Counted from the first letter of the stretch, positions 40,595-53,749 are shown. The stretch: 64,000 bases of DNA from Octopus sinensis (GCF_006345805.1 NC_043009.1:1-64000); one strand, 5' to 3'. Numbers and translations are program-made. Notes: generated by a model from the sequence alone, not told the origin.

Positions 40595-41900
40595 AACTGT
40601 AGTGAAAAAAATTTTATCAAGATCCGGAACAATATATCCGGCAAACTTAGGATTGGAAGCGTTCTGAAATTTTGGATTTGTCGGTTTTCGACGAAAAAAA
40701 AATTGTATTTATCAGATATACTTTTAAAGCAGGTTCTAGCTGGTATTTATTTCAGGCGGCGAGCTGGCAGAAACGTTAGCACGCCGGGCGAAATGCGTAA
40801 CCGTATTTCGTCTGCCGTTACGTTCTGAGTTCAAATTCCGCCGAGGTCGACTTTGCTTTTCATTCTTTCGGGGTCGATTAAATAAGTACCAGTTACGCAC
40901 TGGAGTCGATATAATCGACTTAATACGTTTGTCTCTCCTTGTTTGTCCCCTCTGTGTTTAGCCCCTTGTGGGTAGTATAGAAATAGGTATTTCGTCTGTC
41001 TTTACGTTCTGAGTTCAAATTCCACCGAGGTCGATTTTGCCTTTCAGAGTCGATAAAATTAGTACCAGTTACACACTGGGGTCGATGTAATTGACTTAAT
41101 CCCTTTCCCCAAATTTGTGACCTTGTGCTTCCAGTGGAAAGGATTTACCAGTCCACATAAAATTCTTAAAATGTATTATACTGTACCACGTATCAAGTAT
41201 ATAATGTATATAGCGTGAAAATTAACATTTTCCTTGGTATGCCATGCCCGAATAAGGAAGCTTTATCTGCATTATACACTCGTTCAGGAGAAGGAGTGTC
41301 CTGTACTAGAAACCAGTTTAGCAAATTCATTTAATTACCCTTCTGCAGCTTCGTAGAGTTTGTTTAATTCTGTTGAACCACCCAGGTGAATATTCGGGTG
41401 GAATTGTCAATTTTAATTCGTCGTGAAAAAAATTAGTTTTGCCCATTGTACTGGAAAGAGTAAGTGAACATTTTTCATTCCGACGCTGTTTGGTCCACTC
41501 AAGAAATGTTCTGTCCACATCGACGCTACCTGGTCCACTCAAGCAACGATCTGTCCACCTCAGTTCCCTTCGACCTGTATAAAGTTTGTCCATTAATTTA
41601 GACATATGAGTCAATGTCACCGTAGAACTTATGTGTTCTTTCGGTTTATCGATATCATAAATAGCAGACATACAGACCCCATATTCCTCACCAAAAGCCA
41701 CCCTGAGGCATCTTTATCGAGTCCCTTGAGTAATTCTGCTCACGTAGTAACACTGAATGCTAAGTGTTCCCATTTCGCTTTTTGATTAGCAAAATGCATT
41801 TCTTCCGATCTTTTCGACATGGTTACGAATGAAGATTATAATAAATTCACACAAATAAACACGTATCTGTGAGAGGGTTACTTGTACACTAGCACAGTCA
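40595..41900 (-). mobile_element. Tigger/pogo-like transposase relic, interrupted by a SINE (40755-41140)
   Basis: EYGVCMSAIYDI (HTH-like), DVDRTFLEWTKQRR..GWFNRIK (CENP-B HTH-like) and RVYNAD. Confidence 0.7.
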
Positions 41901-43121
41901 TGCTGAAACTGGTACCGTGCGACGTGTACGTCACAAAAACCGAAAGAAAGCAGCTGCGCGGCAAACTACAATCAAACTGCAAAATTCAAAATTAGCCAAT
42001 TAAAAAAAAATAACCGCTGTTGAAGTCCGGTACTGCACTAATAATCTTTTCTACTAAAGGCACAAGGCCTGAAATTCGCGGTGAAGGAGACTAATCGATT
42101 ACAACGATCTCAGGATTTCATAGGTACCTGGTTTATCGACCTCGAAACGACGAAAGGCAAAATCGACTTCGGCGGAATTTGAACTTAGCGACAGGCGATA
42201 TACTGCTAAGCATTTTGTCCTGAGTGCTAACGATTCTGCCTTGATACTGCATCAATAATAATTTCAAATTTAAGGCGGCGAGTTGGTAGAAACCTTAGCA
42301 CGCCGGGCGAAATGCTTAGCCGTATTTCGTCTGCCGTTACGTTCAAAGGTACAAAATAAAGTGGTGAGCTGACCGAAACGATAGCACGCCGGGCGAAATG
42401 CTTCGCACGTCTGTCTTTATGTTCTGAGTTCAAATTCCGCCGAGATTGTCTTTGCCTTTCATCCTTTCGGGGTCGATAAATTAAGTACCAGTTATGCACT
42501 GGGGTCGATACAATCGACTTAATCCCTTTGTCTGTCCTTGTTAATCCCCTCTATGTTTAGCCCCTTGTGGGTAGTAATGAAATAGGTATTTCGTCTGTCT
42601 TTACGTTCTGAGTTCAAATTCCGCAGAGGTCGACTTTGCCTTTCATCCTTTCGGAGTCGATGAATTAAGTGCCACTTGTGTATCGGGATCGATCTAAATG
42701 ACTGGCCTTTCGAAGTGGGAAAATGTTATTGCTAACAATGGCGATAATATTTTGAATGAATACATATATTTACGATATGTTTTATGCTGATTTGAGCTTA
42801 TTACATGAAATGCCACATTGCTTTTCGGTCCACTACCCCCAATACACACACACACAAACACAGGCATATATATATATGTATATATATATTTTTTCTTTAT
42901 TGCCAACAAGGGGCTAAACATAAAGGGGACAAACAAGAACAGACAAACGGATTAAGTCGATTACATCGACCCCAGTGCGAAGCTGGTACTTAATTTATTG
43001 ACCCCGAAAGGATGAAAGGCCAAGTCGACCTCGGCGGAATTCGAACTCAGAACGTAACAACAGACGAAATACCGCTAAGCATTTCGCCCGGCGTGCTAAC
43101 AATTCTGCCAGCTCGCCGCCG

Positions 43122-43183
<62 letters not shown>

Positions 43184-43191
43184 ATATAATA

Positions 43192-43237
<46 letters not shown>

Positions 43238-43242
<5 letters not shown>

Positions 43243-44998
43243 GAGACAAAACTACTATTAGGCAAATCATACAATGAAAAACTTAAGCCAATACATAAGA
43301 TTATTTCATTTATATTATTTAAATATATAACAAAATTATTAAAAAAATATAATTAATACATCACTACGATCGTTTCATTAAGTTCCACTTGTGTATATTT
43401 TTATGTATACGTATGTATTGTTATACTACAATTTTTGATAAGTATTTATAGATTTGTTATGATCACTAATTTTAGCTTATAATTATAAGGGCATGGGAAA
43501 GAATTTATAGTATGTAGTGGGGTTACTATATAAATTAATTTTTATGTATTTATTAATCTTATAAGATTTTTAGAATATATTTAATAATTAGTGGTTTTTA
43601 ATCATTTAAATCATTTAATTTATTTTGTATTAAGTTTCATTTATCATAGTTATTTTATTAATAAATATTATTGTATAGAGAGATTTTATTCTTTATTTGT
43701 GAATTCATTCTTTTTACAATGATAAACATATAATTTTCCATTCATAATCTTTAATAAACGTAGGTTCATCAAGCGTAATGAATTCTTCAACAATTTATTC
43801 TTTTTTTTGCTAATAACGTAATTCCATGAGTATTCTTATAAACGCTGTATAAGACGTTTTTTGATTCAAATTTTAGTTCATTGTTTAAACCTCGCCAAGA
43901 TAAGTATGTATTTTTTTAAGATCTTCAAATTGTAAATTTTACTATTGTATAAGCCTTTGGAGTAATAATATTCTCCTTATGTAAATATCGTTGTTTATGT
44001 AATGATCTAATTATCGTAATTTTCTATGTTATTAGATATTAAATTGAAGTTTATTCGTAAGATACTTTTTAGTGATAGATTTATTATTTGATAGCAAGCA
44101 TACTAGGTGTATTAAGTTAGGCTTTGTATATACATGTTTTAATAGTATTAATTGTAGTTTTAAATTTATAATTAAATTAGATAAACTTTGATAAAATTAG
44201 ATATGTTTCGACTAAAGATTGGTCTAGGCTATGTCTAATTTAATAGCATAACTCCCATTCATAATTATATTTATAGTACTTACAGTATTTATTCGATACT
44301 ATATTACTAAGAATTGATTATTTCTAAAAGTATTTTACATAAGATTTCTGAAAGTCCGTTTAAGTTAGTTTATTTGTATTTTGAAATTAGCTATTTCATC
44401 TTTAAATATGAAAAATTAAATTTATTAGGTTTTCATTATATACAATTATTTATAGAGATTATTTTAGATCTTGATTATAATATTTATATATATTTTCATT
44501 GATAATTTATATATACTAGTCATTTTAAATATTTATGTAATTAGATATAGACTAATATTGATATTAGATTATGGGTTTCCTACCTTATAAATTAAAGTTA
44601 ATATTTAACATTATAGTCGATTTCGATATAATCATATTTGATAATAGAGTTTATTATAAGTAAAATTATTATATTATATTATATATATTATTTATATCTT
44701 AAAAATATTGATTATATTTTAGATATTTAAACCACCTAATGAATGACTGTGACTTGAAACTTTAAAGAAATTAACAGCCATGAAACGATCGTAGTGATAT
44801 ATTAATTATATTTTTTTAATAATTTTGTTATATATTTAAATAATATAAATGAAATAATCTTATGTATTGGCTTAAGTTTTTCATTGTATGATTTGCCTAA
44901 TAGTGATTTTGTCTCTAATTTAATATAATATTTTACTATAAAATTGGATTCAATCCTAAATCTGATTTTTCCCTGTAAGTTTGGATTTATTCCCTAAT
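43238..44998 (+). mobile_element. Non-autonomous PLE-like element with 141-bp inverted repeats (43238-43378 and 44780-44920) plus a 3' tail
   Basis: Direct inverted-repeat match. Termini and tail (ATAATATTTTACTATAAAATTGGATT..TTCCCTAATAT) are shared with 47993-49898; an HHR lies at the right end. PLE origin is an inference. Confidence 0.7.
44733..44796 (+). ncRNA. Degenerate type I hammerhead with G5A core (CUAAUGA); probably inactive
   Basis: Reads CAC-CUAAUGA-[AUG.CUGU..ACAG.CAU]-GAAA-C GAUC G-UA-GUG; octamer ACGAUCGU is palindromic. Confidence 0.6.
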
Positions 44999-45001
44999 AT
45001 C

Positions 45002-45041
<40 letters not shown>

Positions 45042-45264
45042 TAAATTATTAGAGAATTATCCACTATGTGGGTAACTCTAGTGCTAAAAATAGCTCCGAA
45101 GCAACCACAGAAGATCTGTTTCCAACTAGAATCAACATACATTTAACGGAAGGAAAGTGAAATACAACTTCCCAGCTATTCTCTTAAAGTCATGTAAGCA
45201 GGATTTAGCGAAGCCACTTCGGAAGGAAAGTGAAATACAACGAATAAAATAGATTGATAGATTG

Positions 45265-45340
45265 ACTCTATACAATTGTTTCATTACTAATGTAATATGT
45301 AGTTTTACTTACACTTACATCTATAAATCTTCGGTAGAGT
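45265..45340 (-). ncRNA. Type I hammerhead variant (492-bp family)
   Basis: Reverse complement of 46093-46168. Confidence 0.65.
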
Positions 45341-45756
45341 TTGTCAGAAATGCAATTAATTAGATCGATTCGAGCGTCAAAAACACGAGCGGTCCAACCA
45401 ATTACATTTTTAGTTATGTCTCAAGTTCCGCGCCAAAAGCATGTCTAGACTCCATTGGAAACGTATGCCGCATCAAATAAAATATTAACTGCTGCATAGT
45501 TAAATTTATAAAATTATAAATGAGGGTGAAAAATCGATATTACTTTAATAATACATTAATTTAACACCAAGTGGCTTAGCACAAAAAACTACGGAGAAAA
45601 TACAAATTTATACATAAATTATTAGAGAGTTATCCACTATGTGGATAACTCTAGTGCTAAAAATAGCTCCGAAGCAACCACAGAAGATCTGTTTCCAACT
45701 AGAATCAACATACATTTAACGGAAGGAAAGTGAAATACAACGAATAAAATAGATTG

Positions 45757-45832
45757 ACTCTATACAATTGTTTCATTACTAATGTAATATGTAGTTTTAC
45801 TTACACTTACATCTATAAATCTTCGGTAGAGT
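45757..45832 (-). ncRNA. Type I hammerhead variant (492-bp family)
   Basis: Reverse complement of 46093-46168. Confidence 0.65.
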
Positions 45833-46092
45833 TTGTCAGAAATGCAATTAATTAGATCGATTCGAGCGTCAAAAACACGAGCGGTCCAACCAATTACATT
45901 TTTAGTTATGTCTCAAGTTCCGCGCCAAAAGCATGCCTAGACTCCATTGGAAACGTATGCCGCATCAAATAAAATATTAAAAGTCTAGGCATGCTTTTGG
46001 CGCGGAACTTGAGACATAACTAAAAATGTAATTGGTTGGACCGCTCGTGTTTTTGACGCTCGAATCGATCTAATTAATTGCATTTCTGACAA

Positions 46093-46168
46093 ACTCTACC
46101 GAAGATTTATAGATGTAAGTGTAAGTAAAACTACATATTACATTAGTAATGAAACAATTGTATAGAGT
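46093..46168 (+). ncRNA. Type I hammerhead variant with U4C core; predicted cleavage after GUA at 46162
   Basis: Reads ACUCUA-CCGAAGA-[45-nt stem II hairpin including GAUGUAA/UUACAUU]-GAAA-C AAUU G-UA-UAGAGU; 6-bp stem I; octamer ACAAUUGU is palindromic. Confidence 0.68.
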
Positions 46169-46529
46169 CAATCTATTTTATTCGTTGTATTTCACTTTCC
46201 TTCCGTTAAATGTATGTTGATTCTAGTTGGAAACAGATCTTCTGTGGTTGCTTCGGAGCTATTTTTAGCACTAGAGTTATCCACATAGTGGATAACTCTC
46301 TAATAATTTATGTATAAATTTGTATTTTCTCCGTAGTTTTTGTGCTAAGCCACTTGGTGTTAAATTAATGGTATTATTAAAGTAATATCGATTTTTCACC
46401 CTCATTTATAATTATATATATATATATATATGTTTGTATGCATTAATGTACATATGTATGTATATACGTATGTATATATATATATATATTATATGTATGC
46501 GTATCTATAATATCTATTTGTCTAGCTGA

Positions 46530-46832
46530 GCAGTTGCAGTCTAAAAATTGTATCACGATCCGGAACAACACACCCAACAAACTTAGAATTGGAAGCGTCC
46601 TGAATATTTTGCATTTTCCGGTTTTCGATGAAAACGAAAGAGTTGTGTTTATCAGATACACTTTTAAAGCAGGTTCTAACTGGTATTTACCAGTCCACTT
46701 AAAATTTTAAAAATATATTATAGTATACCGCGTATCGAGTATATAATGTTTATAGCGTGAAAATTAATATTTTCTTTGGTATTCAATGCCAGAATAAGGA
46801 AACCTTATCTGCATTATACACGCATTCAATAG

Positions 46833-46902
<70 letters not shown>

Positions 46903-47200
46903 GGAGAGGGAGAGGGAGAGAGAGAGAGTCTCTTATCAGAAACCAGTTTGGCAAATTCATCTAATTACCTTTCTGCAGCTTCGCAGACTTTGTTTAAATC
47001 TGTTGAACCACCCGGGTGAATATTCGGGTGGAATATTCGGGTCAATTTTAATTCGTTTTGAAAAAGTTTAGTTTTGCTCATTGTATTGGAAAGATTAAAT
47101 GGAAACTTTTCACTCCGATGCTGTCTGGTCCACTCAAGCAACTCCCTGTCCACATCGACGTCGCCTGGTTCACTCAAGCAACGCTCTGTCCACCTGGACG
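46530..47200 (-). mobile_element. Second Tigger/pogo-like relic, paralog of 40595-41560
   Basis: Collinear DNA similarity; translates to DVDVDRELLEWTRQHRSEK. Confidence 0.7.
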
Positions 47201-47831
47201 CTTCCTTTAAAATATGTGGTCTTATGCTTATCTGCGACTCATTTTTATTTTCAGTAATGTTTTATTGTTCCTGTTTACTTCCTCACCCTGAGTTGAACAG
47301 CGGAAGGTCAACAGAGAAGCGCCTCTCCGCCCTGCAAGCGGTTCACGATTGCTTTGGACGGGGTTCTATAAAGTGTCAAAACGGCAGTGTGTGTGTGTGC
47401 CGCATAGGGCAGCCCTTGTGCTTGTGGTCCACTTGCTCTGGATCCCTAATCCTATACATGCTTATACAGCAGACTTAAAAAGACAGCCCCAACCAACCTC
47501 ACCATAAAGGTGTCGACCGAGATGAATCATTGACCTCGCCCCTCGTCGACCTCGTCGCTATCACCTCCTGTCGCCGCTCCTCATAGCACCTCACCACCCT
47601 TGCCACCCTGGCCTCCTCTCCCATTAAACCCCCTTGCCACTCACCGAACCAACATTTTAGATATATATTAATTACGTAATGGCTTTGTTAAATTGTAAAT
47701 CCAGGTTATTGCTAACCGAACTGGAGAGATCAATGCTTCACATTAAGTTCGCGATAAGATTTAAGCAGCATGTTTAAGCATGTTTAACTAACGCGCTTAA
47801 AATATTCTTATAGACACCTTGTATATATATA

Positions 47832-47910
<79 letters not shown>

Positions 47911-47948
47911 TATATACATACACAGACACAGGTAGATAGACAGATGTA

Positions 47949-47995
<47 letters not shown>

Positions 47996-48079
47996 ATTCG
48001 AGACAAAACCACTATTTTAAAACCAAACAAGGAAAGACTTAATCAATACATAAAATTTTAATATAAATTAAATAAACCG

Positions 48080-48122
48080 CCACTACAAATGTTTCATGTC
48101 TGCTCCGACAATCTTCAGGTGG
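48080..48122 (-). ncRNA. Minimal type I hammerhead motif
   Basis: Reverse complement of 49688-49730. Confidence 0.7.
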
Positions 48123-49687
48123 ATTTTCGATCTAAAAATAGCAATATTTTAAAATATAATTTAAAATAATTTAAAATAATAAAGAATTTGTAGAAAGTTT
48201 TGTATATCCATTCATAATTTTTTAATTTACGTTTATTTACTACGCGCTAAGAATTTTATATTCCATTCATAATTTTAAAGACGCTGTTTTACGCGGCGCT
48301 AATAATTTTATATGTTCAGTTCCATGGTAACGTAATTTTTGTTTATTGTAATAACGGATAAAGTTATTCACTTCAAAATTTGATACTGATTAGAAGGTAT
48401 GTATATTTTTCTCCTTTGTTAATCTTGTTACTTATGATAATCTGATTTCTTATGGAGTATTTTATATATCGTATTATGTGTAGAGATGTTGTTTTCTTTT
48501 GTATGTTTATGTATGTGTGAATTTGTGTGCGTGTGCGTATTTGATTGTATCGAGTTTTGTACGTATTATTTGTATGTGTGAGTGTGTATATGGTTATGTT
48601 TGTGGGTGTGTGTATATATGTGTGTGTATTTATGTGTATTGTGTAATGGGTTGTATCTTTATATTTATACTTGTATGTATGGATTTTATTTATCATGATT
48701 ATTTTACTAAGAATTTTTTGTATGTAGGTATGGGTGTGTATGTATGTGTGAGAGTGTACAAGTGTAAGTGTAGATGTGGGAGTGTATGAGTGCTATGTAA
48801 TTGGGTGTGATTATTTATGCACTTGTATATATGTAAGTTTTGAATGTGCGTGTGATTGCACCCGTCTGCGTGTACACACTCTTTTATATATATATTAATA
48901 TATATGAGTTTTCGTTTTTCATGGTCGTTTTATTAAAGTTTGTTTGTATCGGGACTTGTACGTATGTATATGTATGTGTGAGTGTGTATATGGTTATGTT
49001 TGTGGGTGTGTGTATATATGTGTGTGTATTTGTGTGTATTGTGTTAGGGTTTGTATAGTTATATTTATACTTGAATGTATGGATTTCATTTCCATTAATA
49101 ATTTTTAAAATGTTTGATATCCACGTGCTAAGAATTGTTCGGTTTTCTTTTGAGTGTTTATGTATGTGTGAAAATGTGTGTGTGTGTGTGTGTGTGATTG
49201 TTTGCGTAATTTATTTATCTGTATGGGTGTGGGTGTTTATATATTGGTATATATCGTGTTCTGTATGTATGTGTATGTATATGTATGTGTGAGCGGGTAT
49301 ATGTATATTGTTTATGAATTGAGTGTTGTATGTGTGTGTGAGGAAGTATGAATAAGTAATGTGTTGAGTGTATGAGCATATATGTGTATATATAGTTTAT
49401 TTTTTGTTTTTTGTTTTTAGGTTTTGGTTTTTGTTTTTTGCTTGTTGTTTTTTGGTTTTTGTACATTTTTAAATATGAGAACTTTTATAATAGGTTTTTA
49501 TATTCAATTGTTTATAGGGTTTATTTTAGATTATTTTAGATTATATATTGATATATATAGATTATATATAGATATATATAGATTATATATTTATTTTTTT
49601 ACATTCTTCATTGATAATTTTATTGTTTTATTATTTTAAATTATTTTAAATTATATTTTAAAATATTGCTATTTTTAGATCGAAAAT

Positions 49688-49730
49688 CCACCTGAAGATT
49701 GTCGGAGCAGACATGAAACATTTGTAGTGG
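49688..49730 (+). ncRNA. Minimal type I hammerhead motif (43 nt)
   Basis: Reads CCAC-CUGAAGA-U UGUC ggagca GACA U-GAAA-C AUUU G-UA-GUGG, with a U.U mismatch at the base of stem II. Confidence 0.72.
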
Positions 49731-49898
49731 CGGTTTATTTAATTTATATAAAATTTTATGTATTGATTAAGTCTTTCCTTGTTTGGTTTTAAAATAGTGG
49801 TTTTGTCTCGAATTATATTATATAATATTTTACTATAAAATTGGATTTAACCCTAAATCTGATTTTTCCCTGTAATTTTGGATTCATTCCCTAATATT

Positions 49899-49949
<51 letters not shown>

Positions 49950-49981
49950 GTTCATATATTAATACACAGTCGCATTCGTTC

Positions 49982-50012
<31 letters not shown>

Positions 50013-50189
50013 TACACACACACATACACAAACACACACACACATACACACACACATATACATACATACACAGACACAAATAGATAGATGATAAATAGAT
50101 AGATAGACAGATGCAAACATACACATATGTACACACATACACACACACGCAATCCCAACACACATACATATATATTCCAACATTCTTTG

Positions 50190-50880
50190 TATCCAAGGCA
50201 TTTATTTGAAACTCAGCCAGTTTATGTCAACAGCGCAAGCTATATGCACTAAATATATCCCAGAAAAAAAGGCCAGCACACTGACAAACAAGATTCCCAG
50301 GGACATAAAAACCTTCATGAGACGCAGGTCAAAGATCTCAAGGCGGCTGAATAGGCAACAGAAGGATAAAGAGAAGTCTATCTTAATACGGACGCTACAA
50401 GAAATTGAAAACAAATCAAACTCTCTCACGAAAGGGAAAGAGCAGAGAGAAAGAAAGAGAGAAAGAGAGAGAGGGGGAGAGGGAGAGAGGAAAAGAGGGA
50501 GAGAGGAAAAGAGGGAGAGAGAGGGAGAGGAGAGCTGTGGAAAACAAAAACTAATCTCAAATCTTTCTATAAATCCACAAGGGAAACAGCCACAATACAA
50601 TATAAAATAGGACCATTGTTCCAAGGAAATGACGCACTGAGAACTGACACAGGAAGGGTAAGTGAAATACTGAGCGAACAATTTAAAAGATTCTTCACTT
50701 CCCCACTTGGGCACATTGAGATAAAAAAATCCGGAAGCGCCAGCCATCAATTACATCAACATTTAGGAAACATGTAACAGCGGCCATAGATGAAATGAGC
50801 TCATGTTCCGCCACCGGTCCTGATGGCTTCCCAGCTGTTCTCTTAAAGTCATGTAAGCAGGATTTAGCGAAGCCACTTCG
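50190..50880 (+). mobile_element. CR1/L2-like LINE fragment; inverted copy at 51174-51450
   Basis: Translates to KIGPL..SEILSEQFK..FT and SATGPDGFPAVLLK. Confidence 0.7.
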
Positions 50881-51173
50881 GAAGGAAAGTGAAATACAAC
50901 GAATAAAATAGATTGATAGATTGACTCTATACAATTGTTTCATTACTAATGTAATATGTAGTTTTACTTACACTTACATCTATAAGTCTTCGGTAGAGTT
51001 TGTCAGAAATGCAATTAATTAGATCGATTCGAGCGTCAAAAACACGAGCGGTCCAACCAATTACATTTTTAGTTATGTCTCAAGTTCCGCGCCAAAAGCA
51101 TGCCTAGACTTTTAATATTTTATTTGATGCGGCATACGTTTCCAATGGAGTCTAGGCATGCTTTTGGCGCGGA
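50881..51173. repeat. Partial copy of the 492-bp unit including its fold-back junction
   Basis: Matches 45220-45440; the junction at ~51107 is the reverse complement of that at 45980. Confidence 0.85.
50924..50999 (-). ncRNA. Type I hammerhead variant (492-bp family)
   Basis: One substitution at stem II position 10.1 relative to the other copies. Confidence 0.62.
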
Positions 51174-52954
51174 AGAGAATAGCTGGGAAGCCATCAGGAC
51201 TTTAAGAGAACAGCTGGGAAGCCATCAGGACCGGTGGCGGAACATGAGCTCATTTCATCTATGGCCGCTGTTACATGTTTCCTAAATGTTGATGTAATTG
51301 ATGGCTGGCGCTTCCGGATTTTTTTATCTCAATGTGCCCAAGTGGGGAAGTGAAGAAACTTTTAAATTGTTCGCTCAGTATTTCACTTACCCTTCCTGTG
51401 TCAGTTCTCAGTGCGTCATTTCCTTGGAACAATGGTCCTATTTTATTAAGCAAAAACACCTAAGCTCCACGAGGCGCCGGCGGGGGGTGGGGGTGAACCC
51501 CGCTGTACTCTTTCCCAACAACTTTCTCTCACTCTTTCTTCCTACTTCTGCCACAAAGCAGAGGAACCATGGTGTAACCCACTATGGTGTTGTAAACTTT
51601 CAGACCCTTGTCTAGATTGCGAATCCTCTGTACTCCAGGATGGTTCGGCTCTCCACCCGTTAAAAGCCACCGTTTACGGAATGAGGATAACAACGTAGCT
51701 TTCGCGCCCGTGCAACCGCTAGTCTATAGCGTTTGGTGGGTGGATCCTCAAGTTGCCACACGCATTCTTAGTAGCTTAGTGTTGGCTCGAATTAGAGATT
51801 ATTGTTTGTGGCTACTGGCGTGAGTCCTGATTGGAAGAAAAAGACATTATCTTTCACCCGTTGGGTTCGATAAAATAAAGTACTAGTCAGTTACTAGGGG
51901 TCGATGTAATCGACTTGTCCTCTCCTTTTATCAACAATTATTGGTCTTCAACCATGTAAAGCACCGGAGCCCTGCTCAGGAGCATAAAAGAGCATGAAAA
52001 ATACGTACATAATCTCCATGTTGTTAAATACATATTGTTCTCCGGCAGAACCAAAATCGAAGACTAGTTCAATATATAAATATATATTTACATTTTGACA
52101 CAAGTCTATTGATGTTTTATATATTTTTGTATTATCAATATACAGGAGCAAGCATGGCTGTGTGGTTAGAAAATTGGCGTAGCAACCACGTTGTTTCGGT
52201 TCATTCCCACAGCGTAGTAACTTGGGCAAGTGTCTTGTACTCTAGCCGCGAACCGATCTGTGCCTTATGAGTTAATTTGGTAGACGGAAAACGTGCAGAA
52301 AGCGTAGCATGTATATCTAACTATCTTTCGAAAATAAATACAGGGGTCGATGTGATCGACTAAACCCTTTAAGATCGTGTTCCAGCTTGGATACAGTCCA
52401 ATGAGTGAAACAGGTAAAAGCACATACCTATTACATACATACACACATGCATTCATGTATGTGTGTGTTATATTCAAGACGTGATTGTGTTCAGATTTAA
52501 TAATCCTCTCTACATTGGTACAAGGTCTGAAATTTTGAAGGAAGAGGGCTAGTCGATGTACATTGACCCCGAAACATGATTGGTACTTATTTTATAAACC
52601 CCGAAAGGATGAAAAGGGAAGTCAAACTCGGCGGTCCAGCGAGCTAACGATTCCACCAGCTTGCCGTCTTAATGTCATGCTTAATGATAATGTAATAATG
52701 TTTCATATTTTCTTATTATTTCATTATGTTTAGTCCGGAACAATTACATTCTTAAGTCCATGAATGTTTTCGACTTCATCTTCTGAATGAAATGATGTCA
52801 GGATGCGTTGTTGCCGTGTCATGGTTGTAGCTAACAAGATTCAAGGAAATGATTTTGTAAATAATAAAATTCTCGCCGCCAGACTTTAAATAATTTTAAC
52901 GGTTAATTCAATTTTACCTTCATCCATTATTTTATGTGGGCTATATAGGTGTAA

Positions 52955-53450
52955 ATGTGGAGGCGCAATGGTCCAGTGGTTAGGGCAGCGGACTCCCGGT
53001 CGTAGGATCGGGCATTGTGAGTGTTTATTGAGCGAAAACACCTAAAGCTCCACGAGGCTCCGGCAGGGGGTGGTGGTGAACCCTGCTGTACTCTTTCATC
53101 ACAACTTTCTCTCACTTTTTCTTCCTGTTTCTGTTGTACCTGTATTTCAAAGGGCCAGCCTTGTCACACTCTATGTTACGCTGAATCTCCTCGAGAACTA
53201 CGTTAAGGGTACACGTCTCTGTGGAATGCTCATCCACTTCCACGTTAATAAATGAGCTGCGACGTCACTGGTGCCTGGCTGTATCGGCCTCTGCCTTTCC
53301 CTTGGATAACATCGGTGGCCTGGAGAGGGGAGGTTGGTATGCGTGGGCGACTGCTGGTCTTCCATAAACAACCTTACCCAGACATGTGCCTCGGAGGGTA
53401 ACTTTCTAGGTGCAACCTCATGGTCATTCATGACCTAAGGGGATCACAAT
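52955..53450 (+). mobile_element. tRNA-derived SINE; partial copy at ~51450-51560
   Basis: Head GGAGGCGCAATGGTCCAGTGGTTAGG has an A-box-like motif; body is shared with 51450-51545. Confidence 0.65.
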
Positions 53451-53749
53451 AGGTGTAAATTAACTTTTTTTTTGCATTTCATACGTGCACGCACACACCA
53501 GCACACTCACAAAAAGACACATGTAAATGTGTGTGCATTTAAACTCTATAATGTAGATTCAAGACTTCGCATACCTAATTCGATAGTATTTTCTTGTTTG
53601 CTTGCAGGTTCTGATGAAATGGAAGTCATACTATCATTTTTGTACATAGGAATGAGGAAAGACATGTCAGTTTTTAACTGATATTGTCCTAAGATACATA
53701 TCATGGATACTCTAGGACACATCATTAGTGATATTTCTTGGGTCTAAGG

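Larger units (their letters stand above)
45041..46413. repeat. Second hammerhead-bearing tandem repeat (~492-bp unit): ~1.75 units (45041-45980), then inverted (45981-46413)
   Basis: HHR spacing is 492 bp; fold-back junction at 45980; flanked by (TA)n. Confidence 0.88.
47993..49898 (+). mobile_element. Non-autonomous PLE-like element with ~190-bp inverted repeats (47993-48183 and 49630-49817), each containing an HHR
   Basis: Direct inverted-repeat match; same termini and tail as 43238-44998; inserted in (TA)n. Confidence 0.72.

Noticed and set aside
45630-45648. TTATCCAC resembling a bacterial DnaA box
   Set aside because: The context is eukaryotic, the match is partial, and it is simply a hairpin arm.
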